From the NCBI RefSeq assembly GCF_001194135.2, contig NC_068983.1, positions 144,041,995-144,094,860 on the forward strand: a stretch of DNA of 52,866 nt, read 5' to 3'. The DNA comes from Octopus bimaculoides (lineage: Eukaryota). The notes under the pieces are model-generated. The model had not been told where the DNA came from and did no database searches. It saw nothing but the letters and a program-made list of their open reading frames with translations. Within the stretch, counting starts at the first letter, position 1; every line of letters starts with the position of its first letter. The position numbers and the translations under genes were made by a program. This document shows, one piece after another, positions 21,470 through 32,450 of the stretch.

Positions 21470-22316
21470 TTGGGTTGAGGAATAATCCATGAGCGTTTTT
21501 TTCAAATTTATTTTATACAAAACACTACAACAAATTAACCAATGATATACACTTCGTTGTTGTTTACGACTTCCTCCCATCATTCAAGAAGTTTTTCGGT
21601 GCCTCGGCGATAGAAATCTTCCAGTCTTGACTCAAAGAATTCTTCCAGCCAAGCCCTCATTTCCACGTCTTTATTGAACGATACACCGCACAAAGCGTTA
21701 GAAAGCGGTCGAAAGAAATGAAAATCTGATGGCATCAAATCTGAAGAATATGGAGGATGAGGCAGCACTTCCGATTCGAGTTCTTGTGGAGTGTTGATTT
21801 TTGTTTGTTTTCGCTCAAAGTGTGTGGAATCCAAGCGCCGTGTTTCTGAACCTTGTCCACTGAGTGAAGGTGGTTTACCACAGTTTTTTGATCACAATCC
21901 ATCTGCTCCGCTAATTCTCTGATTGTTTGATGTGGATTATCACGAAGAAGTTGATCCAGTCGCTCTTCATCGAACTCAACTGGTCGTCCTGAAATTAAAA
22001 TTCCTATTTTGAAGCGCGAAAACCAACGGCGAGCGGTACTTTGAGGTATTGCTCCTTCTCCACACACACAACATATCTCACGAGCAGCTTCGGCAACACC
22101 TCGAATAAATGCAAAATGCAAATGGTTTCGTAAACTCTCAGTTTTGTCTACTTCATATGTCATTTTAATGATCTGAAAATACACAAAATCAATAAAATCA
22201 AAAATCAAAACACTATATTGTAGCGCAATAAATTCTTTTTTAAATAATATAAAACATTTTGCCAATGCATTTTATTTGACAAAAAAAAAACGCTCATGAA
22301 TTATTTCTCAACCCAA
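21470..22316 (-). mobile_element. mariner (DD34D-type) transposon, internally deleted, both TIRs present
   Basis: TIRs TTGGGTTGAGGAATAATCCATGAGCGTTTTTTT and its inverse with TA on both sides. Protein pieces STARRWFSRF...SGRP...GAWIPHTL and HPPYSSDLMPSDFHFF (WVPHEL and YSPDL motifs). Confidence 0.93.
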
Positions 22317-22458
22317 TACATTTCACTGATATGTATGTGGTTAATATGTGCGCGCGTGTATATATATATATGGGAGAATATACAAATAATAACAGACGAG
22401 GACAGGTGGTGTAAATAACAAAAGTATATATTAGTATGACGCTCGGGAATACGGAAAG

Positions 22459-22495
22459 TCTTTGACGTTTCGAGCTACGCTCTTCAACAGAAAGA
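22459..22495 (-). ncRNA. minimal hammerhead in a PLE-type terminal repeat (A6U core)
   Basis: Minus strand tcttt-CTGTTGA-A-GAGC-gta-GCTC-GAAAC-GTC-aaaga. 5-bp stem I and palindromic ACGT stem III. Confidence 0.7.
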
Positions 22496-22804
22496 ATACG
22501 GAGACAAGGAGAAAAGATTCTACTAGAGTAGATGCAAGTGCGAATATATGATTTACAAAAATATGTGACATATTCATAAATATCTGTGAATGTACAACCG
22601 TCCAGATCCCTGAGTACCTTATTTTATCTAATATATAATACTTGTACATCACCTGTGTAAATGTAGAACCATCCATTTCAAAATACATTCCCATCTGTTT
22701 AGTTTTGACAGCGAAGATTTTAAAAAATAATAGTTGGTCCAGCTATCTTAACTTTATCTAAGATTGTTTAATATACACCGTTATGTACAGTATATTTATT
22801 ATGC

Positions 22805-22840
<36 letters not shown>

Positions 22841-24339
22841 NNNNNNNNNNNNNNNNNNNNNNNNNNNNNNNNNNTCTTATATATATATATATATGCGTGT
22901 GTGAGCGTGCGTGCGCATATGTGTGAATTTATGTTTACATATATGTTAATGCGCGCGCGCACACACACATACAGCATACATGCATACTTACATATGTGTA
23001 TATGTGAGCGTGTCTATATATTTACATACCTATACATATTTGGGCATTTATTTATAACACCAAAATGATGCAGCTGTCTATTTGTATAGCTGTCAAACTC
23101 CGTTTAAGTCTTTCTTCGATTATTTTTTTTCTTTCATTACCTTTATAATGGAAATAGTTACCCATATTGCTTTTAAAACTGTTTTTTTTTGCAAATTTTG
23201 TAGGTATTTTGTTAAGATCTCAACTATTTTACCTAGCGATTTCTAGAAAATACATGCGTGATTCTGTTTTTAGAAAAAACATAGACAATATTTTTGTCAA
23301 TTCTTAATTACATTGGCTCATTGAAAATACCATTTCAAATTCCATCCTACGTTCACGCTTTTTCTTAACCTCGGGTCCTTTTACGTTATTTTTATTTCCT
23401 TTTCTTACTCGTTTTCTCTATCGAACTATCTATATTTTCAATTCTCTCCAGTTGTAATTACATTATTGTTTACCGATTTCTTTACGTCTATTTGTCTTAC
23501 TAGTGCAATCAATTTAAAACCTATAGCGATTTATATTTTTATCGTTACTCAATTTAACCCCCCTAATCTAAAATTCATTGTACCTAAATTGCTCTTTCAC
23601 ATTTAAATTTTTACGTTTTTATCTTGTATGTTAAAATCATGCAGTATTTCTTTTCTAACAGTAGCTACCAGCCTTTGTTTATTCGTATATTAGTAATTCA
23701 CTATTTCTCTTCAGCCATTACAATATATTTGTTACATTATTATTAACACCGACGTTTCTTTCCCAAATTGAAGTGTCAATAACCTTTTCTCACATATTTT
23801 CATATTTTTCTGAATAATGTTTCTTTTATTTTTTTCTTATTTTACCCGCTTTCATTTGCACCTTCCGGCCTTTATACACCGCGTTCTGTTTCTTTTCTTA
23901 ACTTAAATAATCCTCAACATAACGTCACTTTTCCGAAGAAAATTTCATCTCATTAACCCCTGCAGGCCAGGTTTTCCCCGCCTTTCTTTTCCGATTGAGT
24001 TCCACCATTAGTCAACTTTGACTCCATATCCAGATTTCTGTATCCCTTCTGAACGCTTCTTGGATTTAGAAATTTCAACGGCATTCTCCATTCCCCTAAA
24101 TACCTAACTTCACTTACAATTTACGCATTTCTGTTTCTGTTTGTCAGTTTACGTATGTCACATATATATATGTATAGATGTTTAATTTACAAGGAAAGAT
24201 CAAGAGAAATAGTTACCATGGTAGCCAATGTCATATAAGCTCCTAAGAAATTATAATTCGATAATTCGAGGAGAAGTGAGAGGTGTTTTGGAGAACATAA
24301 GAGAAATGGAAAATGGAGACAAACGCACAAGATGTTATT

Positions 24340-24904
24340 TAAATCATTTATATCACCATATCACCGACATATGTTTCGGTCGATACATTAAAATTAATCT
24401 GGGAGGGAGAGTAATGTGGAATAATGTATCAATCCCATCAGGAACGAGATTATAGACAACAGTGTTATTTAATAAGCCATTTTTACAGATGTAAGAAATT
24501 ATAATATATAATATATAATATATGAAAAACAAAAGGGAGGTAGGGAACACCAGTAAGTTTAAAATACCGTTAAGAAATTTGACATCATAAGACGAGAAAA
24601 GAAGAGAAGGAAGAGAGAAAGAAAATTAAAGGAGTAATGGAGGGATAATCAAATAGAAGGTGAATGACAAATGGATAGAAATGATTAAGGAAAGAATGGG
24701 ATGTATGGGATGAAAAGAATAAAGTGAAAGCTGCAGATATTATTAGGCAAGTGGGGCAAATATTATTTCAAATAGCTGAAAGTGTGTTATTTCCAACGTA
24801 AACCTGTTTATTTAAAAATTTACCAAGATTAGGTTTTTGACTATTTCCATATAAGGAATTATTATCTGGATTATTACCTACGGAAGAAACATTATTATCA
24901 TCAC

Positions 24905-24970
<66 letters not shown>

Positions 24971-25790
24971 TATTATTATTATTGTTATTGTTATTATTAT
25001 TATTATTATTAGTAGCAGTTGTATAACTACTATCATTCAGATTATAAGGTAAGCTGGGATCAAGAAGGTTATAATACTTAATTTGCTCCTTATATCCTGC
25101 CTTATATAAAGACGATTTATAGAAGTCAGCATTATTATTGAAAATGCTAACATTAGCGGATAATTTAGAGAATCTAGGCAAAATGTTTTTAACAAGATTT
25201 TTTGTTATATTAGTAGGATGATTACTAAAAAAGCTGATATACTTTAGTTTGGTTGAAGGTTTATGGTATGGGAAATATAAAGCTGTATTTAAGTTGAGAG
25301 TAAGATCAGGGAAATTAACTTTTGTTCTTTCATCATCAAAGGTAGTACCTAAGTTCATATTACTAAAGAATTTAACTAGATTGTTTTTTAACATTTTGTA
25401 GTTCTTGATTAGAGATATTTTGGAGGTAAAAAAGACAATCGTTACTATATAATCCACCGAGGATATATGGGAATTGATCAGCCATTTCGGATAGGATATA
25501 AATACCGACCAGGTCAGAAACCTGGGCGGAGTCGCTGGGCCCCATTGTTATATCAAAGCAATCAGGTCGATCTTTACGAACCCCAAATTTATTATTAAAT
25601 TTGATAATAGATTTTCTAGCTGCTAAAACAGCATTAATTTCATCTCGAGTGAAGCTGGATTTATAAATCTTTATTAAAGATGATGGGATTAATGGAGAAA
25701 TAATAACTACAAATATCAAAGTGGATAAATTTAGTGTTTCGTTTATTATCAATAGAGTTAAACCAGTCTACAACCTGGAATGAATTAGAT
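24340..25790 (-). mobile_element. Penelope-like element, RT pseudogene (second lineage) with a 3' terminal repeat
   Basis: WFNSIDNK...FDICSYYFSI, CFDITMGPSDSAQVSDLVGIYIL, GLYSND (decayed YxDD), and YHKPSTKLKYISFFSNHPTNITKNLV...LYKAGY (thumb). Multiple frameshifts. An (ATC)(ATT) array at 24893-25012 lies in the linker. Confidence 0.88.
24361..24450 (-). ncRNA. hammerhead-like motif with long stem II (A9G core)
   Basis: Minus strand CTGATGG-gattgatacatta-(31 nt)-taatgtatcgacc-GAAAC-ATAT-GTC-ggtga. Stem II pairs 12/13; stem I is weak. Confidence 0.6.
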
Positions 25791-25791
25791 G

Positions 25792-25832
<41 letters not shown>

Positions 25833-25983
25833 NNNNNNNNNNNNNNNNNNNNNNNNNNNNNNNNNNNNNNNNNNNNNNNNNNNNNNNNNNNNNNNNNNNN
25901 NNNNNNNNNNNNNNNNNNNNNNNNNNNNNNNNNNNNNNNNNNNNNNNNNNNNNNNNNNNNNNNNNNNNNNNNNNNNNNNNNNN

Positions 25984-26048
<65 letters not shown>

Positions 26049-26713
26049 ATGTATGTTTGAATGTATGTGAGCTTGCATGTGTGCGCCTGTAAGTTTGATT
26101 GTGTACATATGTGTTCTTTGTATATGGCTGTATTTGTATGTATGTAGATGAGCGATCTTTGTATGTATACATATATCAATGTATTTTTATGCACGTATTT
26201 TATAAGCACACATACTCATACACGCAAACATGTATATTTATATATCTAAAATTGTATATTATCTTTACCAGTGGATACAAATAGCATGTTTGTGTTTAGA
26301 CGTTTATGTATCTGTGCATGTATGTAAATGTATATATGTCTGTATGGCGCATGAATGTACTCACGTATAAATAATGACAAATAGATATTCAAAGGCATCA
26401 GTTATTTATTGCAATAATTATTTATTATAACATAACAGTTGACATTGACTATTTTCACTTCTGTTCTAGTAAGCATTGTGCCAACAAAGACAATTCCCAG
26501 ATGGTATCTCAGTAAAGAAGGATTTCATGTGTCATATTTTAAAATCCTTCTTTACTAAAATCCCGTATGAGGATTGCATTTTTGGCAGGAAATTTAAAGT
26601 AATGGAATAGTAGTTGGTTTAAATATTCACTCTACAGTGCATATTGAGTACACGTGGACTGTTGGCGATTTTTTTTCCTCTTTCCTTTTCTTTTGGACTT
26701 TCCTATGTCTCCT

Positions 26714-26748
26714 GTTTCCGAAGAAGAGTTTTGCTAGAAACGTAAAAC
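26714..26748 (+). ncRNA. minimal hammerhead relic in a PLE-type terminal repeat
   Basis: gttt-CCGAAGA-A-GAGT-ttt-GCTA-GAAAC-GTA-aaac. Same family as 12740 and 22459; the stem II base pair is broken. Confidence 0.6.
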
Positions 26749-26914
26749 AAACACTCTTTCTTTCCTTTTCTAAGTGTCTTATTAATACTTTGCATGTACC
26801 ACCTCCTCGCGTTGTTGTTTTGTGTATATATAANNNNNNNNNNNNNNNNNNNNNNNNNNNNNNNNNNNNNNNNNNNNNNNNNNNNNNNNNNNNNNNNNNN
26901 NNNNNNNNNNNNNA

Positions 26915-26958
<44 letters not shown>

Positions 26959-27084
26959 TATGTATACATATATAGAGAGTATACACACATACACACATAC
27001 GCACACACATTCACAAACACAGTGACACAGAAAGACGTATATCTATGCGTGTGTTTGTGTGCGTGTGCGTATGTGTGCGTGTGT

Positions 27085-27270
27085 GTAATGTGTTTGTGTT
27101 TGTCCCTTCTCTTATAGCTTGCAAACCACTGTTGGTTTGATTACGTCTACATAACTTAGTCTTTCACCAAAGAGTTCGACAGAATGAGTACCAGACATAA
27201 AAACAAGTACTCAGGTCGATTTGTTCTAAATCTTTCGAGCGATGCTTCAACATGGCCGGAATCAACATTT
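27085..27270 (+). mobile_element. diverged SINE family B, 3' part
   Basis: ttacgtctacataacttag...gagtaccag...ggtcgatttgttc...catggccg, homologous to 10935-11160. Confidence 0.55.
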
Positions 27271-28125
27271 TGAATACGTATCGGTTATGCTGTAATGGAT
27301 ACATTCAGCAACCTTTATCCAATTTCTCATAATTGTTTACGTAATAGAAATTGTCTGTGTGTTGGTTGCGAAGAGCTAAACTGAATTTTCTTATAATTGA
27401 ATTTGTACGTATGATCAACGTAAACAATTATGTTTTCCAAAGATTTCATGCCTAATATTAGATATTATAATATATATAGTTTCTTATCAGCTGATGTAGT
27501 GTTGAGCTAACTTCTTAACAAACCAAATTTGCAGGGTACCAGCATCGATTTCATTTCACAACATGCGCTTTGTTAATACTATTGGCAGATTATATTTGAC
27601 ATTGCATTGTCTTCGCTTGTAAAATTTAATTTAAACATGGTACCAAAGTTCATTATTTAAAAGAAGTAGGATGGGAAATTGAAACGTTAATGATTTTCCT
27701 TAAGGCCATTACCGCCGTAGTTTTGATACCATATTCCTATTGAAACACACTACCATCGTTTCCATTAATGTTGAAAATAATGAGGTATTTAGTAATACAA
27801 TGTTAATAAATTTGCTGATATTTGGAAAATAAGTTAACATGGAATTTTGATGAAAGGTTTTAATTTAGACCACTTTAAAGCAAGAAATTTGTATTGTAGG
27901 ACCAGTGACGGTTTCAGGTCGATCGACCAAAAGAATTAAAGTGAAATGATTCAGACTCTAATTAAAACTGCATTGTGGTTTCTGTTTCCCGAATTTCCAT
28001 CCCTGATTATGTTATTTGCTATATGCTCCCGAAAATATGTAGAAGTGTACCTATTTAAGAAATGAATGTTCTGATGAGTACCACGAAGAAAAGCTAATAT
28101 CATAACTAGTTTTGATTTCTGTTTG

Positions 28126-28195
28126 AGAATCCAGTTTTGGGATTGTGTAAGAATTTATGAAGAATCCAGTTTTGGGATTATGTAAGAAATTATGA
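28126..28195. repeat. 2 x 35-bp tandem duplication
   Basis: agaatccagttttgggattRtgtaagaaWttatga twice, with 2 mismatches. Confidence 0.9.
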
Positions 28196-28596
28196 AATGT
28201 TTTTCTTGTCATTTTAAAAAATATTTTAGCTCATTTAATTTCAAGGATTATTTTGCTTGAAGACCGACAACCTTCTTGAATTTATAGTTTAATTTTCCAA
28301 ATGATTTTTAATTGAGCGGGTTTCCTTTATGCTCATCAGGAATTTCCAAGTCACTTCCGATTGAATAGATCGATGATCAAAGGGGTTCGTCTGTGATCAT
28401 CCAGTCATTTTGTATATCGGGGACTACAGTGCCTATTATATCCTTTCGTGTTTTAAACGATAAGATGTGATTTGAGGAAATTCGTCAGCTATTTCTAGTA
28501 GGTCAAACTTCCATGTACGGGCTCCTTCATTGATTAAAGCAAGATGTATTTACAAATGGTATCTAATTACATTAGCTATATTAGTGCAGCGGTTAG

Positions 28597-28726
28597 GGCG
28601 GTGAGCTGGCAGAATCGTTAGTACGCCAGGCGAAATGCTTGGCGGTATTTTGTCTGCCGTTACGTTCTGAGTTCAAATTTCGCCGAGGTCGACTTATCCT
28701 TTCGGGGTCGATGTAATCGACTTAAT
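28597..28726 (+). mobile_element. SINE family A with internal deletions
   Basis: ggcggtgagctggcagaatcgttag...gagttcaaatttcgccgaggtcgac. The body jumps from cctttcggggtcgat directly to gtaatcgactta. Confidence 0.9.
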
Positions 28727-28778
28727 CCGTTCATCGGACAGTTTTGTTAGAAATCTAACAAAACTGTCCGATGAACGG
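28727..28778. repeat. perfect 25-bp inverted repeat with a 2-nt loop
   Basis: ccgttcatcggacagttttgttaga-aa-tctaacaaaactgtccgatgaacgg. Confidence 0.97.
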
Positions 28779-28811
28779 GAACGTGAAACTCCGAGTAACA
28801 GTCTTTTGTTA
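28756..28811 (+). ncRNA. complete type-I hammerhead ribozyme candidate (U4C core)
   Basis: TAACAAAA-CTGT-CCGATGA-ACG-GGAA-CGT-GAAAC-TCCGA-GTA-ACAG-TC-TTTTGTTA. Stem I is 8+4 bp with a 2-nt bulge; stem II is 3 bp with a GNRA loop. Predicted cut after 28797. Confidence 0.75.
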
Positions 28812-30291
28812 TATTTCTGCTGCTTTTAAATAAAGTATATATATATATATATATGGCAGCGAGATTTGGCTGGTATGTGGTCACCGGAGGCTTTCTTGTC
28901 TGTTATGATATATGTCTCTGCTTTTATGGACCATGCGTCAATATGAGAGGACCGCTCAAGGCGAATTCCATAGTATTCGGCGTTCACACAAGATATCGAC
29001 ATTAAGTTGCATATAAAGATTGACTTTCATTATTTTTTTAATTATCTGTTTCAATCATGCAGATTACATTTCTTTTCTTTCAGTAAACATTCTCGTCTGG
29101 ATTAAATTAGCTAATCAACGATCAGTATGTCATAGATCTGATAATATTCTCTTGATGCTTAATACTCATCAGATCAATTCTACATGGTAAGTAGATGCAG
29201 CTCTAAAAATCCTTGATCTTTTAGCTGCAATCACTACAATATCATGATATATCGCACAGGTCTCCATCGTTAATTAACATAGTCGGAGTTACACAAAAAA
29301 CAACAAACAACGGCCGTTCGACCTACTAGCACTAGCAACAAAATCTCTCAATATTTATCCTCTTGTAGTGCCTGCTTGGTCAACAAACTGCAAATCCTTG
29401 GTCGATACGATAAAAACTGAGCTGTAGCTACAAAATAACAATGAAAAAAGCAATATCAATAACTATTTTTAATGGTTTAGTCAGAAGAGAACTACACGTT
29501 TATAAAGGACTCTGTGCTAGATTGGATAAGATTATCTTCAGAGCGGAAAATAGGATCAAATACTAAAGACAGCCAAAGGTCAGGTTGTGGTGTGAAAAAG
29601 GGTGGTGGATTTTTATCAGCTGGACCAGATGCAGATACGCGTTTACATTTTCAATAGTCATAAGACATTTGTATGTTGTGATTTAGTCCCATAGCAACTT
29701 TCATCGAGCAGACAAAGGAATTCCAGTTATGACTGTTCTACCTTCTTTATTTCAAACACGTATCGTGTACAGTACTACTTTTACACAATTTATTATTACT
29801 TTATCTTTTATTAAGACGCTAGATTCTGGCTTCAGGCATATTTGGCTGCTACTTAAAACAGGTTGAGAGACCATTGAGAAGCTCTTTCTTTGGACTGTTT
29901 CTATTAATACAGTTCTTATTGTTGATGCTGCTATTTTTTGCAGTTTCTGACATACATGAGATAATCGATGCCATATTGGTTTCTGTTTTATAGGAAGGTT
30001 ATATATGGCTTGTCTTTGTTTGTTTTCGTTTCTCTAACATCTTTTGACATCCTAATTGCTTGATTTAGTAGATAGAGCTCTACCTAAATATCCACTATCC
30101 ATCTTAACGTCACACTTATTTAGAACACAGTTTATACGGAAACTGCTCTCTCTATTTCCTGTGTAAATATATAGAACGCAAATACGTCTTTCATGTAGAA
30201 ATACAAAAAGGAATGTTAGCTATTCTGTCTGAAGTCACCTAACTGTTTTATAATCAAAGATAGCAGGAGTCCACTTAAGATTTTCACTTTC

Positions 30292-30570
<279 letters not shown>

Positions 30571-30573
30571 TAA

Positions 30574-30793
30574 GGCAGCGAGCTGGTAAAACTGTTAGCA
30601 CGCCGGGCAAAAAGCTTAGCTGTATTTATTCCGCGTTTTACGTTCTGCGTTCAAATTTCACCGCGGTCGACTTTGCCTTTCGTCCTTTCGGGGGTCGATA
30701 AATTAAGTACCAGTTGAGTACTAGAGTCGATGTAACCGACTTAACCCTCCTCAAAATTTCAGCACTTGTGCCTATAGTAGAGAGGATTATTAG
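30574..30793 (+). mobile_element. SINE family A
   Basis: ggcagcgagctggtaaaactgttagcacgccggg...gttcaaatttc...gtcgataaattaagtaccag. Confidence 0.88.
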
Positions 30794-30794
30794 C

Positions 30795-31087
30795 ATTATT
30801 TTTTTTCGTCACAGGTTTTTTTTTTGGAACTCCTGGAGTCTTGCGTACGTAGCGTGCTTACTACCTGCAGCCTACGGTACCAAGCTATTCGTTCTTTTCT
30901 GCTATCTAATACTTTACTGATTATTCTGGCCGTGTCAAGGAGGCAAACCTTTTGTAATAGTTCTACTGAGCACTCTATTCCAATTTCCTTTATATTCCCT
31001 TTGATGCCTTCTGATACTGCCACTAAGGCACCTACAAGATATGGCACTATCTTCCCGTGAGCCACTGCCTGACACTGCATCAAGGCA
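30795..31087 (-). mobile_element. short R4/Dong-like RLE 3' fragment
   Basis: KIVPYLVGAL...IKEIGIECSVELLQKVCLLDTARIISKVLDS, followed by a 3' UTR. Confidence 0.78.
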
Positions 31088-31174
<87 letters not shown>

Positions 31175-31180
31175 ATTATT
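31088..31180. repeat. (ATT)n array
   Basis: Direct reading. Confidence 0.97.
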
Positions 31181-32450
31181 GAGTGAGAGAGCAGTGCATG
31201 CCATCAAAGTGATACTGGGGTACAAATATACAAAACCCAGTATACCCANNNNNNNNNNNNNNNNNNNNNNNNNNNNNNNNNNNNNNNNNNNNNNNNNNNN
31301 NNNNNNNNNNNNNNNNNNNNNNNNNNNNNNNNNNNNNNNNNNNNNNNNNNNNNNNNNNNNNNNNNNNNNNNNNNNNNNNNNNNNNNNNNNNNNNNNNNNN
31401 NNNNNNNNNNNNNNNNNNNNNNNNNNNNNNNNNNNNNNNNNNNNNNNNNNNNNNNNNNNNNNNNNNNNNNNNNNNNNNNNNNNNNNNNNNNNNNNNNNNN
31501 NNNNNNNNNNNNNNNNNNNNNNNNNNNNNNNNNNNNNNNNNNNNNNNNNNNNNNNNNNNNNNNNNNNNNNNNNNNNNNNNNNNNNNNNNNNNNNNNNNNN
31601 NNNNNNNNNNNNNNNNNNNNNNNNNNNNNNNNNNNNNNNNNNNNNNNNNNNNNNNNNNNNNNNNNNNNNNNNNNNNNNNNNNNNNNNNNNNNNNNNNNNN
31701 NNNNNNNNNNNNNNNNNNNNNNNNNNNNNNNNNNNNNNNNNNNNNNNNNNNNNNNNNNNNNNNNNNNNNNNNNNNNNNNNNNNNNNNNNNNNNNNNNNNN
31801 NNNNNNNNNNNNNNNNNNNNNNNNNNNNNNNNNNNNNNNNNNNNNNNNNNNNNNNNNNNNNNNNNNNNNNNNNNNNNNNNNNNNNNNNNNNNNNNNNNNN
31901 NNNNNNNNNNNNNNNNNNNNNNNNNNNNNNNNNNNNNNNNNNNNNNNNNNNNNNNNNNNNNNNNNNNNNNNNNNNNNNNNNNNNNNNNNNNNNNNNNNNN
32001 NNNNNNNNNNNNNNNNNNNNNNNNNNNNNNNNNNNNNNNNNNNNNNNNNNNNNNNNNNNNNNNNNNNNNNGTTTTAAAATTTGAGATTACATAGAAAGTA
32101 TTTTGCGTAGGATATGGGCAGTTCCCATGAGCACTATCCTCTGAATTTCTGCCATTTTGGGGTTAACTGGCATCTGAGCTAGGTAGCAATCAGTCCCTTT
32201 TGCTATCATTCTCAGGGCACCTATGACAACAGGTATTGTTTTAGTCTTGAGGTTCCACATTTTACTAATTTCTATTTCAAGATCTTTATACTTGCTCAGC
32301 TTTTGGTAGGTCTTGACAGATACGTTTATATCGATTGGGACAGTCATATCAATGAAGAGGCATGATTTTTGTCTGAAGTCTTTCAATATGATGTCTGGCC
32401 TATTTGCATCTATCTTTCTGTCAGTTTGAATGGTGAAGTTCCTGAGGAGT
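31181..32450 (-). mobile_element. R4/Dong-like RLE LINE 3' end, with the 3' UTR probably spanning the gap and ending in (AAT)n
   Basis: NFTIQTDRKIDANRPDIILKD...FIDMTVPID...KLSKYKDLEIEISKMW...IPVVIGAL...MGTAHILRKILSM* (32450-32087), the PD-(D/E)xK-type RLE region. Continuity across the N gap is inferred. Confidence 0.82.

Noticed and set aside
23100-24120. Strand-biased, AT-rich kilobase suggestive of an ancient LINE endonuclease region
   Set aside because: No APE or RT motif could be read in any frame; too decayed to support.
27480-27500. ttcttatcag resembling U2 snRNA
   Set aside because: The match is about 10 nt, and no upstream branch-point recognition sequence or downstream U2 sequence is present.
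27720-27940. Possible TTAA-type MITE
   Set aside because: Terminal inverted similarity is too weak, and there is no second copy in the window.
28071-28095. CTGATGA-GT-ACC-AC-GAAG
   Set aside because: GAAG instead of GAAA, and no stem III or stem I.
28310-28345. Minus-strand CTGATGA-GCATAAAG-GAAAC
   Set aside because: Stem II does not pair and stem I mismatches at the first position.
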